From NCBI RefSeq assembly GCF_000143415.4, contig NW_003314320.1:943231-1007230 (forward strand): a stretch of 64,000 nt of DNA, written 5' to 3'. Under the pieces are notes generated by a model that was given only the letters and a program-made list of their open reading frames with translations, was not told the DNA's origin and did no database searches. Made by a program: the position numbers and the translations under genes. The DNA is from Selaginella moellendorffii. Lineage: Eukaryota > Plantae > Lycopodiophyta. Each line of letters starts with the position of its first letter. Within the stretch, counting starts at the first letter, position 1. Positions 36,700-48,968 of this stretch are shown here, piece after piece.

Positions 36700-38395
36700 T
36701 AAACAATATTGATATTATTACTTAGTTGTATTCAGATTTTGCTACTTAGGATTTAAAACTTTCCTAAGAAAAAGAAGTAATAAATAAAATCTTAAAGAAA
36801 CATTTCAAACATTTTAGAATGCTAAAGGCACACTCAACAATTTATTAAACCTTTGAGAGTTGAGTCATAATTATGATGTTGCAAAAATACCCCTTATCAC
36901 CAAGTAGATATAGCTTCAAACTAACACTTAGGATCTCTAGAAGCTCCATCAATAGCTGTTATAAGACCTCTTCAAGTAGTACTTGTTATCGAAAGCTATT
37001 ATTTTTTACACATGCCCATCATGAATTATTCTAAGCTTGCCAGAATAAATATCCAATGACCTCTTCTCACTATTCACAATGGCTTGTAACATGATGCTAT
37101 GGCAATGGTGCTTAAAGTAAACCTCAAAATCATCCCATAAACTTTTTTTTCTATTAACGATCTATCTATACACCTAGCAATGTTTGGTAGTTTCATAATC
37201 CCTTTTATAACCTTCTTAAAATTTGAGGATGATATAAGAAACTTGATCACATCTACAAAAACTTCAAGAATTATTGTATATGTCTTCTTGATAACTTCAA
37301 ATGTTATACTCTTCCCGATTTCAAACTTTTCAAATAGTGAAAGGAGCTTAGATCCATGTTAGAGCTTATAAATGGCATATACAACACAAACACAAACTGG
37401 TATAACTATGTAGTAGTATATATTTTACTTCATAATTGAGTTATGTAAACAATCAACGAAGTCATTGAAAATTTACTTCTTCATTTCAAAGTTCTTCTTT
37501 TATTATTTGTCATTATAATATCTATCCACGAACCTATCAAACCACACCAATGATCATGGTTTCACCCATTAAATCCATTTTAGTTGTGGTTGATAAGAAT
37601 TTAATGTAGCAATGATGATATGAAAGTGAAACACCCACAATTACATTAGTCATTTCTACTTCTATCTATCCATTTCCACTAAGCTATCTACAATTTCTCT
37701 TCTCTTCTTTTTTATTTATTGTCACTTAGCTTGAAACTTGCAATCCTTTTTTTGTATTGCCATCTAGTGGTGTATAACAAAGATAAGCAACACAAGGTGG
37801 AGGGGATCTATTTTCTGAAAATACAATAATGTTTTATTTGAGAAAGAAAAGAATATAACTATCTTTATTTAGGTTTTTATTTTTTGTTCCCCAATAACTC
37901 ATTGATGACATGAACTTGTTAACAAAAAAAAGATTATTAGAAAGGAAAATACCAACTCAATCTAACATAAATACATCTATTCCACCTTGTTAGATTGCAA
38001 ATGCTAGTGTAGCTAAAATTGTGGTTATCCCAAGATTTGTCTCCTTCTCCATAACTAATCGATCTTGTTTGAGATAAATGGATTCTTTCTTAAGCTTTAT
38101 TTGCTCTTGATGCAACTTCAATATAGTCTTGTTAGCTGCATTGAACATTTTGAATGTTGCCTTATTCCCTTCCTTGAGGATATTAGCTAATGTGAGGAGA
38201 TTGCTCTTTGCCTTTTTCTTTGCTTGGTCAATCGATTTAGCTTCTTTGTCACCTAAGCTTTCCTATCGCAATAGTGGACTGTAGACTTATTTTATTGTGC
38301 CTCTTTTTTTGTTTTTCAATATCAATACCAAAGTTGCTACTACAAGAGTTGCCACTAGAACCACTAAATCTTGTAGGAGGAAAACTACTATTATT
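36700..38395 (-). mobile_element. Decayed PIF/Harbinger DNA transposon (DDE_Tnp_4 transposase plus C-terminal part of the second ORF)
   Basis: Minus-strand remnants WVKP*SLVWFDRFVD (about 37568), YAIYKL*HGS..FEIGKS, LPNIARCID, YLLGDKGY (about 36900) and IVECAFSILK; upstream coiled-coil ORF remnant at 37985-38395 is cut by the LTR. Confidence 0.8.
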
Positions 38396-39475
38396 TGTAA
38401 GCCATAAATTTTTCCTTTCAAATTTACTAGTTTACTTCGTCTATCTGACCAACACTGCCTTGGCTTTAGTTAAGTTCCCTCACCAAGGTTCCCACCTATT
38501 GTACCAGCTCTTACTTGGTCCTACTTGGTTTCAACTACTCACTGCATGAATAATAAAGTGTTAACCATCCATCCATGGATTCCCAAATCTCTCTTAATCC
38601 CCCTCCTCGGGTTAGATTGGACTTAAGGTTCGGCTACACTCCCTATAGGCACAAGCAGCCAAACACACTAAGCCTCCAAGTTCCTAACATCCCTTGGTAC
38701 AATAAGACTTGATCATGAAACCCTCTAAATCCCAAGCCTTGGGTGCAACACTTGCTTTAGGATGCCAGGGTGAAACACCATGGCCTAACGGCCCGATGTG
38801 GGTACCTCTACCCCCCCCACTTCCATCCCAAAGGGAAAGCCCAAGCCCCTAGGAAGGGCAAGGACCAATGAGCCACAAAATACTCAAGTGGGGCACCACT
38901 CCACATGAGCTGAGAGCACCACAGTTAATTTCCCTTCTAGGAGTGGGAGTTGCTTTTGAACACTTCCTTAAGTGGCCCCTCCAGCACCACCTGAGTCCAT
39001 GCTCACTCCCACCCAAGGCCCCTCAACCCCAGTCTCAACCTCAAATCAGTTTGAAAGCACCATTAAAAAGTTCCTTCAAGACTGGTTCCTGGACCTCACT
39101 ATCCCTACTATACTTTTGGATACCCTGCATCCCCTAATTCCCCCCCTGGGAGACACACACTTTGGGCTTTAACCCCTCGACATGTATTAGTACTCGGACT
39201 CGGTCTTGGACTTGATCTCGGACTCGACTTCGGACTCGGTCTCAAACTCGATCTCAAACCCGATCTAAGACTTGACCTCGGATCTCGAACTCTGTCTCGA
39301 ACTTGGTCTCGGAGTCAGCCTCGGACTCGATCCCGGACTCTATCTCGAACTTGGTCTCAGAGTCAGTCTTGGACTCAATCTCAGACTCGGTCCCATCTAA
39401 TGAACTCTCTATCATTTCAATCGTGCTTTCGGGGATCCTTTAGCCTACGACACCTCGGAGAGTTAGTTTCTTACA
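38396..39475 (-). repeat. 3' LTR of the chromovirus (1080 bp)
   Basis: TGTAAG...CTTACA; aligns to 48969-50126; internal CTCGGA/GACTCG array at about 39193-39390. Confidence 0.93.
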
Positions 39476-39899
39476 ACTTTACCACCCATAGAAAAAGTTC
39501 AATGCCCACATCGAACGTCTCTTTTTAATCCTACGACTTGTTGACCATGTCTCCGGGGGCATCCCCCCATTTAGCGGTATGCCTAAGTTAGCCTCCTTGG
39601 CCAAAAGCCCATAACAACGGAATATAAGTGTCCTTATACCCCACACCTCACCACGTTGGGACTTGAACCCAGCCTTTTTTTACTAGGGGGTTGGGACTTG
39701 AACCCAACCTCTGTAGAATACGTTTATGGATTCAACATCCCCACGGGGAGTCGAGCGTAATTCCTTACACTTGGTCGACTTAGCTAACCCATGCTAATTA
39801 ACTTACCTTCGGCACGCATTCAAGTCTCAACATATGCCATTGCTCAACTTCACAAATTGATACTTTAATTGAACTTTGCATAAGTATATAGAGTTTTGC

Positions 39900-40075
39900 C
39901 TTGCAGAAATTCCTCTACTAGATCTTGCACGTTTGCTAAGTTCTCCTCCGGTTCCCATGTTGCTTCGCAGTGTGGAAATCCTTTCCACTTCACATGGAAC
40001 TCCTTCATCTCGCGTTCTTGTCATTTGCTCTTACGCGCATTGAAAACGACCTCAACTTCATATTCATTTTCCCCT
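39900..40075 (-). other. Chromodomain of the chromovirus integrase (one stop)
   Basis: ENEYEVEVVFNARKSK*QEREMKEFHVKWKGFPHCEATWEPEENLANVQDLVEEF. Confidence 0.88.
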
Positions 40076-42257
40076 TGGATAACCTTAGGTAAAGGTCTTA
40101 CTTGGTCCTTGCGAAGCGGATCCTTAAAGTACGGCTTGAGTAAGTTCACATAGAACACTTGGTGCATCTTCTTCATCTCTCGAGGAAGTCAAAGGCGGTA
40201 TGCCACCTTACCAATTCGTGCCTCAATCTCGTAAGGCCCTGCGAACCTATTTAAGGAACTCAAAATCAATTCATTTCTAGGAATACATGCATTTTACCTT
40301 TAGGTTAACTTTTTGCTGATCCCACTTGGTAGCCTTAGGTTCTTGGTGTTCAGCCACACCTTCTCCTCAGGTTGGAACTCTATGTCCCAGCACTTTTGGT
40401 TCGCATACTTGGTTTGTCTTTGTTGAGCCCGTTACAAGGAATCCCTCACGAGATTCCAAATATTGAGACTTTCCGCCATGAATGCCTCCACTGTGGGTAA
40501 CTCTCCATGATATTCGGCCACGCCGAGTTCCACAGGACCTTCAATAGCTCGCCCATTGATGACTTCCCATGAACTCACTCTGATACTCGAGTGCGGTGAG
40601 TTGTTATAGCACATTTCCGCAAGTCCCAAATGACTACCCAATCAGTCTGGTCTCCAGAGACATAGCATCATAAATAATCCTCCAACTGCCTATTCACCCT
40701 TTCCGTTTGTCCATCTGTCAAGAAGTGTTAGTGCCATCAAACTTGACTTAATACTAAATACCTGTCTCTAGGTGATAGGTTGTGCTGAATTTCAACTTGG
40801 TGCGATACTGTTCTAGAAGAGTTCTCAGAACTTACTGATGAAGATTTTATCTCGATCTGAGATGATCTCCTCTGGCCTTCACCGCACTCAAACCACTTAT
40901 TCGAAAAACAGCTTTGCCACACCTTCTGCATCCACCTCCGTTGTGGTGGGTATAAAATGTGCCATCTTCGAAAATCAGTCCACCACCATGAATATCGCAT
41001 CAAACCCCTCACTTGGGGGGAGTCCCGTGATGCAGTCCATCGTAAGATATTTCCATGGACAATCTGGAATTGGGATGCTTTGTAACAAGCCCCCACTAGC
41101 CTTAGTCACGGCTTTGACCTGCTAACATGTTGGACATGTCTTTACATAGTCTTGGATGTCCTTAGGCATATCTGGCCAATAATACTTCCTCTTGAGTAAG
41201 CCCATCATCTTGGGCACTCTACCATGTTCCACAAGAGGTCCATCATGACACTCTTCTAATGCTACCTTCCTTAGTTCCCTTTCTGGAACATACACCCTTG
41301 TTTATTTATAATAGATGAGTTCATTGCATTCTGTATAGCTTGTTTTCTCTTCTGTTGGCAGCTCACCTCTCTAGTGAGCTTCTTGTGCCTCTAGATTCCT
41401 TAGCAACACTTCTTATGTTAGACCATCGTTCTCATATGCTATCTGCACATCATCCCAAAAGGTTGTTGTCGCACTAGATATTGCCAACGTTAAGCTTGCG
41501 TGTAAACCTTGAAGTGTCTCCCAAGGTAGTGTCTCCACTCGAGCGCCTTGACCACCGCAAACAATTCCTTCTTATGGGCAGCCCACTTCCGCTAACTTCT
41601 TCGAGAAGAACGCTACTGGATGGTTGTCTTGCTTTAACACTGTGCCTAACACAAAGTTTAAAGCATCTGTTTCTACCTCGAAGTCCTCACCAAAATCTGG
41701 TAACAACAACACAAGAGCCTTCCTCAACTTCCCCTTGAGGTGGACAAATGCCGCCTCACATTCTCCTATCCATACCATCTTCCCTTTTCCCATTTGGTCA
41801 GTTAAAAGTAAAGTTACTCTCAAATAGTGTTTGATAAACTTTTGGTAGTAGTTGCAAAGCCCTAAGAATGCCCTTAACTCATATACATTCGATAGTCATT
41901 CCCATTCCTAGATTGCTTGGACCTTCTCAAGGTCCACCTTGAGCCCGTCCTTGCCCACCACATGCTCAAGAAACTTTACCTATTGTTGAGCAAAGTTATA
42001 TTTGCTCTCTTTAGCATACAATTGGTGTTCCTTTAGTTTCTCAAACACCTTCGTCAAGTGTTCGACATGCTCCTTTAACATCTCACTATAAATCAGGATG
42101 TCGTCAATATAGATAACCACGAAGTGATTCAGATAGGGTACAAAGATATGGTTCATCAATGCCGAAAATGTTGCCGGCGCATTGCATAGCCTAAAGGGCA
42201 TCACCAGAAACTCAAAGCTTCTATACCTTGTTTGATAGGATCCCAATCTTGGATCAC

Positions 42258-42393
42258 TTGGACCTCTCAGGGTCCACCTTAAGCCCATCCTTGCCCACCA
42301 CATGCCCGAGAAATTTTACCTCTTATTGAGCAAAGTCACATTTGCTCTTTTTAGCATACAGCTGGTGTTCCCTTAATTTCTCAAACACCTTCA
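42258..42393. repeat. About 140-bp diverged direct duplication of the RT segment at 41917-42054
   Basis: TTGGACC..GGTCCACCTT..CCTTGCCCACCACATG..TTCTCAAACACCTTC occurs twice. Confidence 0.88.
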
Positions 42394-45300
42394 TCCTCGA
42401 AGTCGAATACATCTACCCGATCCAGAATCCGATCTGGTTGTCTCCTCTGGTCGTTGTGCCAAAGAAAAACGGCAAGCTCCGAATCTGCGTCAACTACAAG
42501 CCGCTCAACGACGTCACCAACAAAGATATCTTCCCGATACCCTTCACCGACAAAGTTCTTGACGCAATCGCCGGACACGAAATGTACTCCTTCCTCGACG
42601 GATTTTCCGGCTACAATCAGATCACCATCGCCTAAGAAGACCAGCACAAGACAGCATTCATCAGCCCATGGGGAGCATACGCCTACCGAAGAATGCCTTT
42701 TAGCCTCTGCAATGCACCCTTCACTTTCCAACGACTCGTCACCAACACCTTCCGAGACTACCTCACCGACTTCATGCGAGTCTTCATGGACGACTTCAGT
42801 GTCTTCAACTCCGAAGACCGCCATCTCGAATGCCTCGAGAAATGCCTCGAGAAATGCCTCGAGAAGTGTGAAGAAAACAACATCGCCCTCAACCCCGAGA
42901 AATGTGCCTTCTTCGTCAAGTCCGGAGTACTTCTCGGCCACATTGTCTGCAAAGACGGCATACTCATCGACAAAGTAAAAGTCGAAGTCATACTTCAGCT
43001 CGACCCGCCAAAGAACCAGAAGGACCTCCGAAGATTTCTCGGCAAGATTGGATACCACCGAAGATTCATCCACAAGTACGCTGACATCGCCAAACCTCTC
43101 ACCGACGGCCTCCGGCTCGACGCCCAGTGGATCTGGTCGCACACTCAGCAGACAGCATTTGACAACCTCAAGCTCAAGCTCACTACCGCACCAATACTCG
43201 CCAAACCAGATTGGACCAAAGAGTTCCATATCCACGTCGACACCTCTGACATCGGCACCGGCACAGTGCTTAGCCAAGCCCAGAGAGACAACCGAGACCA
43301 GCCAATTTACTACGCAAGCAGACTACTCACCTCGACAGAACGCAACTACACTACCACGGAGAAAGAAGCCCTCGGCATGGTATACGCCCTCCAGAAGTTT
43401 CGGCACTACATTCTTTCGAGCAAAGTCATCATCTTCGTTGACCACAAGGCCCTCCTTTACCTCATCAACAAGCCCATACTCTCCGGCCGAATTTCTAGAT
43501 GGTTCCTTCTACTCCAAGAGTACAACTTCGAAATCGTCCACAAGCCCGGCCGACAGCATGAACAGGCCGACTTCCTCAGCCGCATCACCACCGGAGAATC
43601 GCCCGATCGACTCGCCGACGATTTGCCCGACTCCAACCTTTTCCGAATTTCAGTACCAGCAACATGGCTCGATGACATCTTCGCCTACCTCAGCTCAGCA
43701 AAAGTCCCAGCTCAGCATACAACGCCAGACCAGAGAAAGACTTTTGTCTCGAAAACCCGCCGGTACTCCATCATCGGCGGCAGCCTTTACAAACTCGGCA
43801 TCGATAACATACTTAGACGATGCATCAAAGTTCCAGAGACCCTCCGGATTATAAACGAAGCACATTCTGGACCGTCCGGCGGCCACTTCGCCTCCGACAC
43901 AACCATCCGGAAGATTCTCCAGTCAGGACTCTGGTGGCCGACAATGTGGCGAGACACCGAAGACTTCTGCTGGAAATGTGACACCTGCCAGAGGAATCGA
44001 CTTCCGCCGAAAACTCAGAGTCAACCGCTAAACCCAACCTTCCCGGTCGCGCCTTTTCAGAGATGGGGACTTGACTTTGTCGGACCCCAAATCACCACAG
44101 CCCGGAAGAACCAGTACATCATTGTCGCCACCGACTATGCCACCAAATGGGCCGAAGTAGCTCCACTCAAGCAAGCAACCGCCAAGGCAACAGCCAAGTT
44201 CATCTACGAGAACATCATCACCCGCTTCGGAACACCACTCGAACTCGTCACCGACCGCGGCAGCCACTTCATCAATGAAACCATTGGACACCTTACCGAA
44301 GAGTTCCAGATCCGACACAAGACATCAACGCCCTACTACCCGCAAGGCAATGGCCAAGCTGAAGCCACCAACAAGACGCTCAAGACAATTCTCAAGAAAG
44401 TCATCAGCGATTCCGGCAAAGATTGGGACAAGAAACTCGGAGACGTTCTCTGGGCCTACCGGACAGCATACAAGATCACCACCGACATGACACCATTCAA
44501 GCTCGCCTTTGGAATAGAAGCCATAACACCAATCGAGTTCATCATTCCCAGCATGCGTGTCGCGGTGAAGTACGACCTGGATCCCCAGCACATCTTCCGG
44601 CAACGATTGCTTGAACTCGAGAAACTCGACGAGCTCTGACTCAATGCCTTGTGGACCCTCCACACCATCCAGAAGCAAAGAAAAGCACGGCATGACCGAA
44701 GACTCGCTCGAAACAAGACTCCGAAGTACTCTCCCGGCGATCATGTACTCTGGTATCGAGGACCAATCACTCAGCTCGGCAACAAGCTAAAAACCAAGTG
44801 GCAAGGACCTTTCATCATCACCGAACTCTACCCCAACTCAACAGCGAACATCGCCACCCTCGCTGGAGACTTTACCGAAACTGTCAACCTCAACAAGCTC
44901 CGACCATACTACGTCGACCTCTGCAACATCCAGACCACCTTTCAGCAACACTTCCAACCGCAACTCGTCACCGGAACCGAGAGATTCCCCGAACACTCTC
45001 CCAGCCACTCGAACCGAACACTCGACACCAGCCGTCCGTATCGAGAAGCAACACCAGATGATACCACAATGAGCGTCATCGACAATCAGCAAGCCTCGTG
45101 GTATCAACAATGGCCAACATGCTACTCAAAAACCATCACCGGCAATTTCTCCTGGACAACCCTCCAGTCGCCACTCAACTCGGCACAAAACGCTGAGTCC
45201 CAAGCTACCGTCCGATCAACTCCACGAGATCAGATTTGCACCATCCAACAACGCTCAATCTCAGCCGCCAGATCATCATCTCCACAACAGATCACAGCCC

Positions 45301-45425
45301 TCAGATCTTGCCATGCAATCGCCACCGTTCAAACTAAACCCCACCAAGTTTCACGGGACACAAACCTAAGTCACCAACAGCAGCTCGCCAGCACCCTTTC
45401 CAGCGCGCCACCAGCTCCAGCAACG

Positions 45426-46385
45426 ATGCCCAAGCGCAAGATGAGAGCCATTCCCCCAAGATGCCTCAGGTATGTCCGCCACAGCTTGCCCAAGCTTCCG
45501 ACTGAGGCAGTCACGGCATGGCTGGTCGAGCAGGGGTTCGGCCAGCTCCTCGAGATCTTCAAAACCCCATTCGATCACCACCTCGCCCGCAAGCTCGCCA
45601 AGAAGTATGACGAGAGCCGCAACACGATCTCGGATGACGTCAACACCATCGCCATCACGCCGGCCCTGCTCAGCAAAGTTTTCAAGATCCCTCGAAAAGG
45701 ACTCGACAAGTTCCCCAAAGAGGTTCCCAAGGTCATCCTCAAGCCAGGCGCATCCCCAACCACAGAAGGGCCCAAGTGGGAGGATGTTCTTTCTGAACAC
45801 CAGGAGAAGCTGTGTGCCCTGCTCCTCCTCTACGACCTCCGTCCCACTGACAAATCTATCAGCAAGCTTACCACCCAAGCCTATCACGCCATGGACCGAG
45901 GAGAGCGAGTCAACGTCGCCAGCCACCTGAACACTATGCTGGCGAAGCAACTGAAGAAAATCAATGAGAAACCTACGAGAGGCCAAACCATCTCCACCGT
46001 GATCTTCCCGATGCTCATCACTTTGCACGCCGCCCACCCCAACAAGCAGCCCTGGTCTACCAGCTCCTCAACTGAACACAGCCACGCTGACGACGACGAC
46101 TCAGCATCGACCGAGACCCTGCCCTCACCACCGCACAAGAAGAAAGCCCAACCCTTCTCATTGAAGCATCATCCGCCACCCAGCCCCACCCCCAGCAAGA
46201 CCAGCAGCGAAGACACCTCATCCGACGAAGAATCTCCACCACCTCGCCGCCACAAGCTTCATCAAACTCTTCAACGTAAGAACTGCCACCGCAGCACGGA
46301 GTACGTCGTCCTCACCAACAGGGACACCACAAACACCACACAACCCCGCCAGCACCAGCACCAATCAATTCCAAGCCGACCCTGA
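45426..46385 (+). CDS. Extra retroelement ORF segment resembling plant mobile domain / Athila env-like proteins
   Basis: WLVEQGFGQLL..DHHLARKLAKKYDESRNTI..IAITPALLSKVFKIPRKG..GERVNVASHL, then a Ser/Pro/acidic tail. Confidence 0.5.
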   Translation: MPKRKMRAIPPRCLRYVRHSLPKLPTEAVTAWLVEQGFGQLLEIFKTPFDHHLARKLAKKYDESRNTISDDVNTIAITPALLSKVFKIPRKGLDKFPKEVPKVILKPGASPTTEGPKWEDVLSEHQEKLCALLLLYDLRPTDKSISKLTTQAYHAMDRGERVNVASHLNTMLAKQLKKINEKPTRGQTISTVIFPMLITLHAAHPNKQPWSTSSSTEHSHADDDDSASTETLPSPPHKKKAQPFSLKHHPPPSPTPSKTSSEDTSSDEESPPPRRHKLHQTLQRKNCHRSTEYVVLTNRDTTNTTQPRQHQHQSIPSRP

Positions 46386-46889
46386 GCTCGTTCACCTTCT
46401 CCGACACCAATCTTCAACAACTCACAAGCTTTCACTGACAACCAGCACCACGACAACAACGATTCCCATCACCCAGACAATATCACCGCTAGCAACAGCA
46501 AGATCTCCAGCGGGCACGTCAACTCCAGCAACGTTAAACCTCTCCATCCATCAGCAGCACATCCGACTCTCAACACCACAGCAGATGCCCCGTTGTACTT
46601 CAACAAAAATCCGAGCTCTTCATCAAATATTACAGCGCCTCATCTCGACCATCCATCTTCAACGACCATAATTAAATTCGCGCCATGTCAAATCTTAACA
46701 AACTTGACAGATCAGCACAGTCCATCTGCATCTGCTCAGCTTCAGCCACCTCAGCAGCAATCAACGCCCCAAATCACGCCGGCCGACCCCATCAAGAACC
46801 CAGCTCCCGACTCAGTTTCAGCGCCCTACGGCTCGCCTTCAGCGCCTTCTCCACCAGTCCAAGCATCTCAGCCGCACCAGCAATCCACC

Positions 46890-47525
46890 ATGCCTCCACT
46901 CCAGTCCCAGGTACGCAAAGACAGAGCCTTCTTCGACCACGAAATCCGCCAAGAACACGAAGACAAGATGCAAGATCCCGGATACCTCCATCGCAAGCTC
47001 TTCGAGGCTCTGGAGCGCCGCGCCAGTCATGACATCAGCCAGGCCATCTGAGGCCGCATTCCCCAGGCTCAGGACATCGCCCAGCACCTCTCCCGCGATG
47101 GCGCCTTCATCAACACCAGGAACGCAGTCCACGCTGAGTTCTACGAGCCGCTCGTCATGGAGATCGGCAACCTCCACAACACCATTCACCACCTCCAGGG
47201 CGACATCCAGAGCATCAAGACAACGGCTGCCAGCTCTTCTCGTGCCAACAACAACCCCACTGGCCAGCAGAACTACTGGCGAGACAAGTACCACCACGGA
47301 GTCACCGTCATCCAGGAGCACCAGCAGCGCATTGACCATCTTGAAGCGCTCCTCGCCGAGTATGAGGATGATGATGGCTCAGACTCGCCCGACAGTGAGC
47401 CCAACGATAACCTAACCCTCCCCCAGCAGCGCCGCCGACTGCGACGCCTGCAGCGAGCTCCGGAAGCGAACCAGCTCCACCACCAAGCAATGGACACTGA
47501 TCATGGCCCCGAGGACGGAGCCTAG
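46890..47525 (+). pseudogene. Further retroelement-borne coiled-coil ORF (about 211 codons) with one TGA at 47049
   Basis: MPPLQSQVRKDRAFFDHEIRQE..*GRIPQAQ..EIGNLHNTIHHLQGDIQSIK..YWRDKY..QQRIDHLEALL; same frame on both sides of the stop. Confidence 0.6.
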
Positions 47526-48968
47526 ATCAAGCAGGGGGCAGTGGAAACCTCCCCTAACACATGCACGCCCAGGAGCAGCTCCACTCACGACTGAAAGCCA
47601 GGTTCAAACGACTACTAGTTTATTTCTATTCTAGGCATATGCTGGCGGTTAGAACCGCCTGGTTTTGAGAGACCCCAGCACAGCTAGGGTTCCCCATCTC
47701 CTTTCCCATTCCATTGTACTTCAAGACTCTTGAATTGCACCCCCCTATTTGCATTATCTTTGACTTGAGTCTCTCTCCCCGCCGATCCACCACTTCTTTC
47801 ACCCCTCCACAGCTGGCGACCTCCGGAGATCAGGCGCCAGTTCTCAGATCGAGTTCTAGTGGTAGCAGCATTCTCATCCATCTCACATTTTCCCAGTAAA
47901 CACCACCAGATTTGCCTTTCCGGAACCCCGAGGACTCATTCTTAGAGAAACTCTTCTTGAATTTCCCTCTGCTATACGTTCCCCTTGGTTTGGCCCCTCT
48001 GCTAAATGTGGATCCCGACCCCGTCGTGTTCCCCTTTCGCAAGTTATCGTTAAAATGCACCTTGATGGCCACATCCAACGCTTCCTTGTAATTGGTCGGG
48101 TTCCACCGCATCACCTCACCGCGAGCCCAGGTTTGCAAACCTGATATGAAGACATGGAACGCATCCATATCCCCCATGTCCGTGACCAGTATCCTCTTTG
48201 CCATGAACCCATTCACATATTCTTGGATGGTTCCAGTCTACTTCAGCCTACTCAGCTCATCTCTAAGATGCAGAGTGGCATTCGGAGGAACGTATGTTGC
48301 ACGGATCCTTGCTTTCATCATGTCCCAAGTGGCCACCGGTCCTTCGTTGGCCTCTGTCGTTCTCCACCAACACTTGGCATTATCTGCCAAGTATGGTTTT
48401 GCACATGGGACCTTCTCCGAGCTCAGTAATCGCAACGCTCGAAAGTAGTCCTCCATATCGTAAAACCAATCCTCCACCACCTTATAGTCATTCACTCCCT
48501 TGAAGACTGGTGGGGGCTTTGGTTTGTACTTGGAAACTGCCTGAGGGACTGATTCTACTTCGGTCTGTTCGACCTTGTTTGGTTCTGCCTCAGTCCCTGC
48601 CGAAGGGTCTGCAGCTTCTGCGCTACCAGCATCCACAGTCTTTCTCTTTTTCTTCCGCTTCTCGTCACGCTTTAGCTTGTGTACGAGAGTCTCCAGTAGG
48701 GCATTGGTCTATGCCAACTGTCCTTCTAGCACGTCCAATCAAGCTTTGGACGACCGAACCTCGCCACCGGACTCCTGTTTAGAAGTTTCCTCACTAGAGT
48801 CCTCCTCATGCAAGGATTCCTCATCCATAGCCTCTCGTTCAACTGGAGGCTCCAGCTCTGGAGGAGGTTTCATCTCCGCTTTGGTTTGCTTCTGCCCTGC
48901 CTTTGCCATCTCCCAGCAATCCGCCTTTATTCTTCACTAGAACTGAGGAAAAGGCTCCGATACCAAAT

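Larger units (their letters stand above)
42394..47682 (+). mobile_element. 5'-truncated Athila-like (non-chromovirus) Gypsy element: RT-RH-INT, long 3' coding extension, PPT and a short or truncated 3' LTR
   Basis: WLSPLVVVPKKNGKLRICV, FLDGFSGYNQI, FMDDF, RH DTSDIGTG..YTTTEKEAL, INT HSGPSGGHF..CDTCQ..WGLDFVGP..TDRGSHF..NGQAE..WQGPF; PPT AAGCAGGGGGCAG at 47529-47541 then TG at 47542. Confidence 0.9.

Noticed and set aside
42381-47497. Long minus-strand ORFs (298, 223, 166 aa etc.) opposite the Athila-like element
   Set aside because: Shadows of the strongly C/A-biased coding strand; no motifs.
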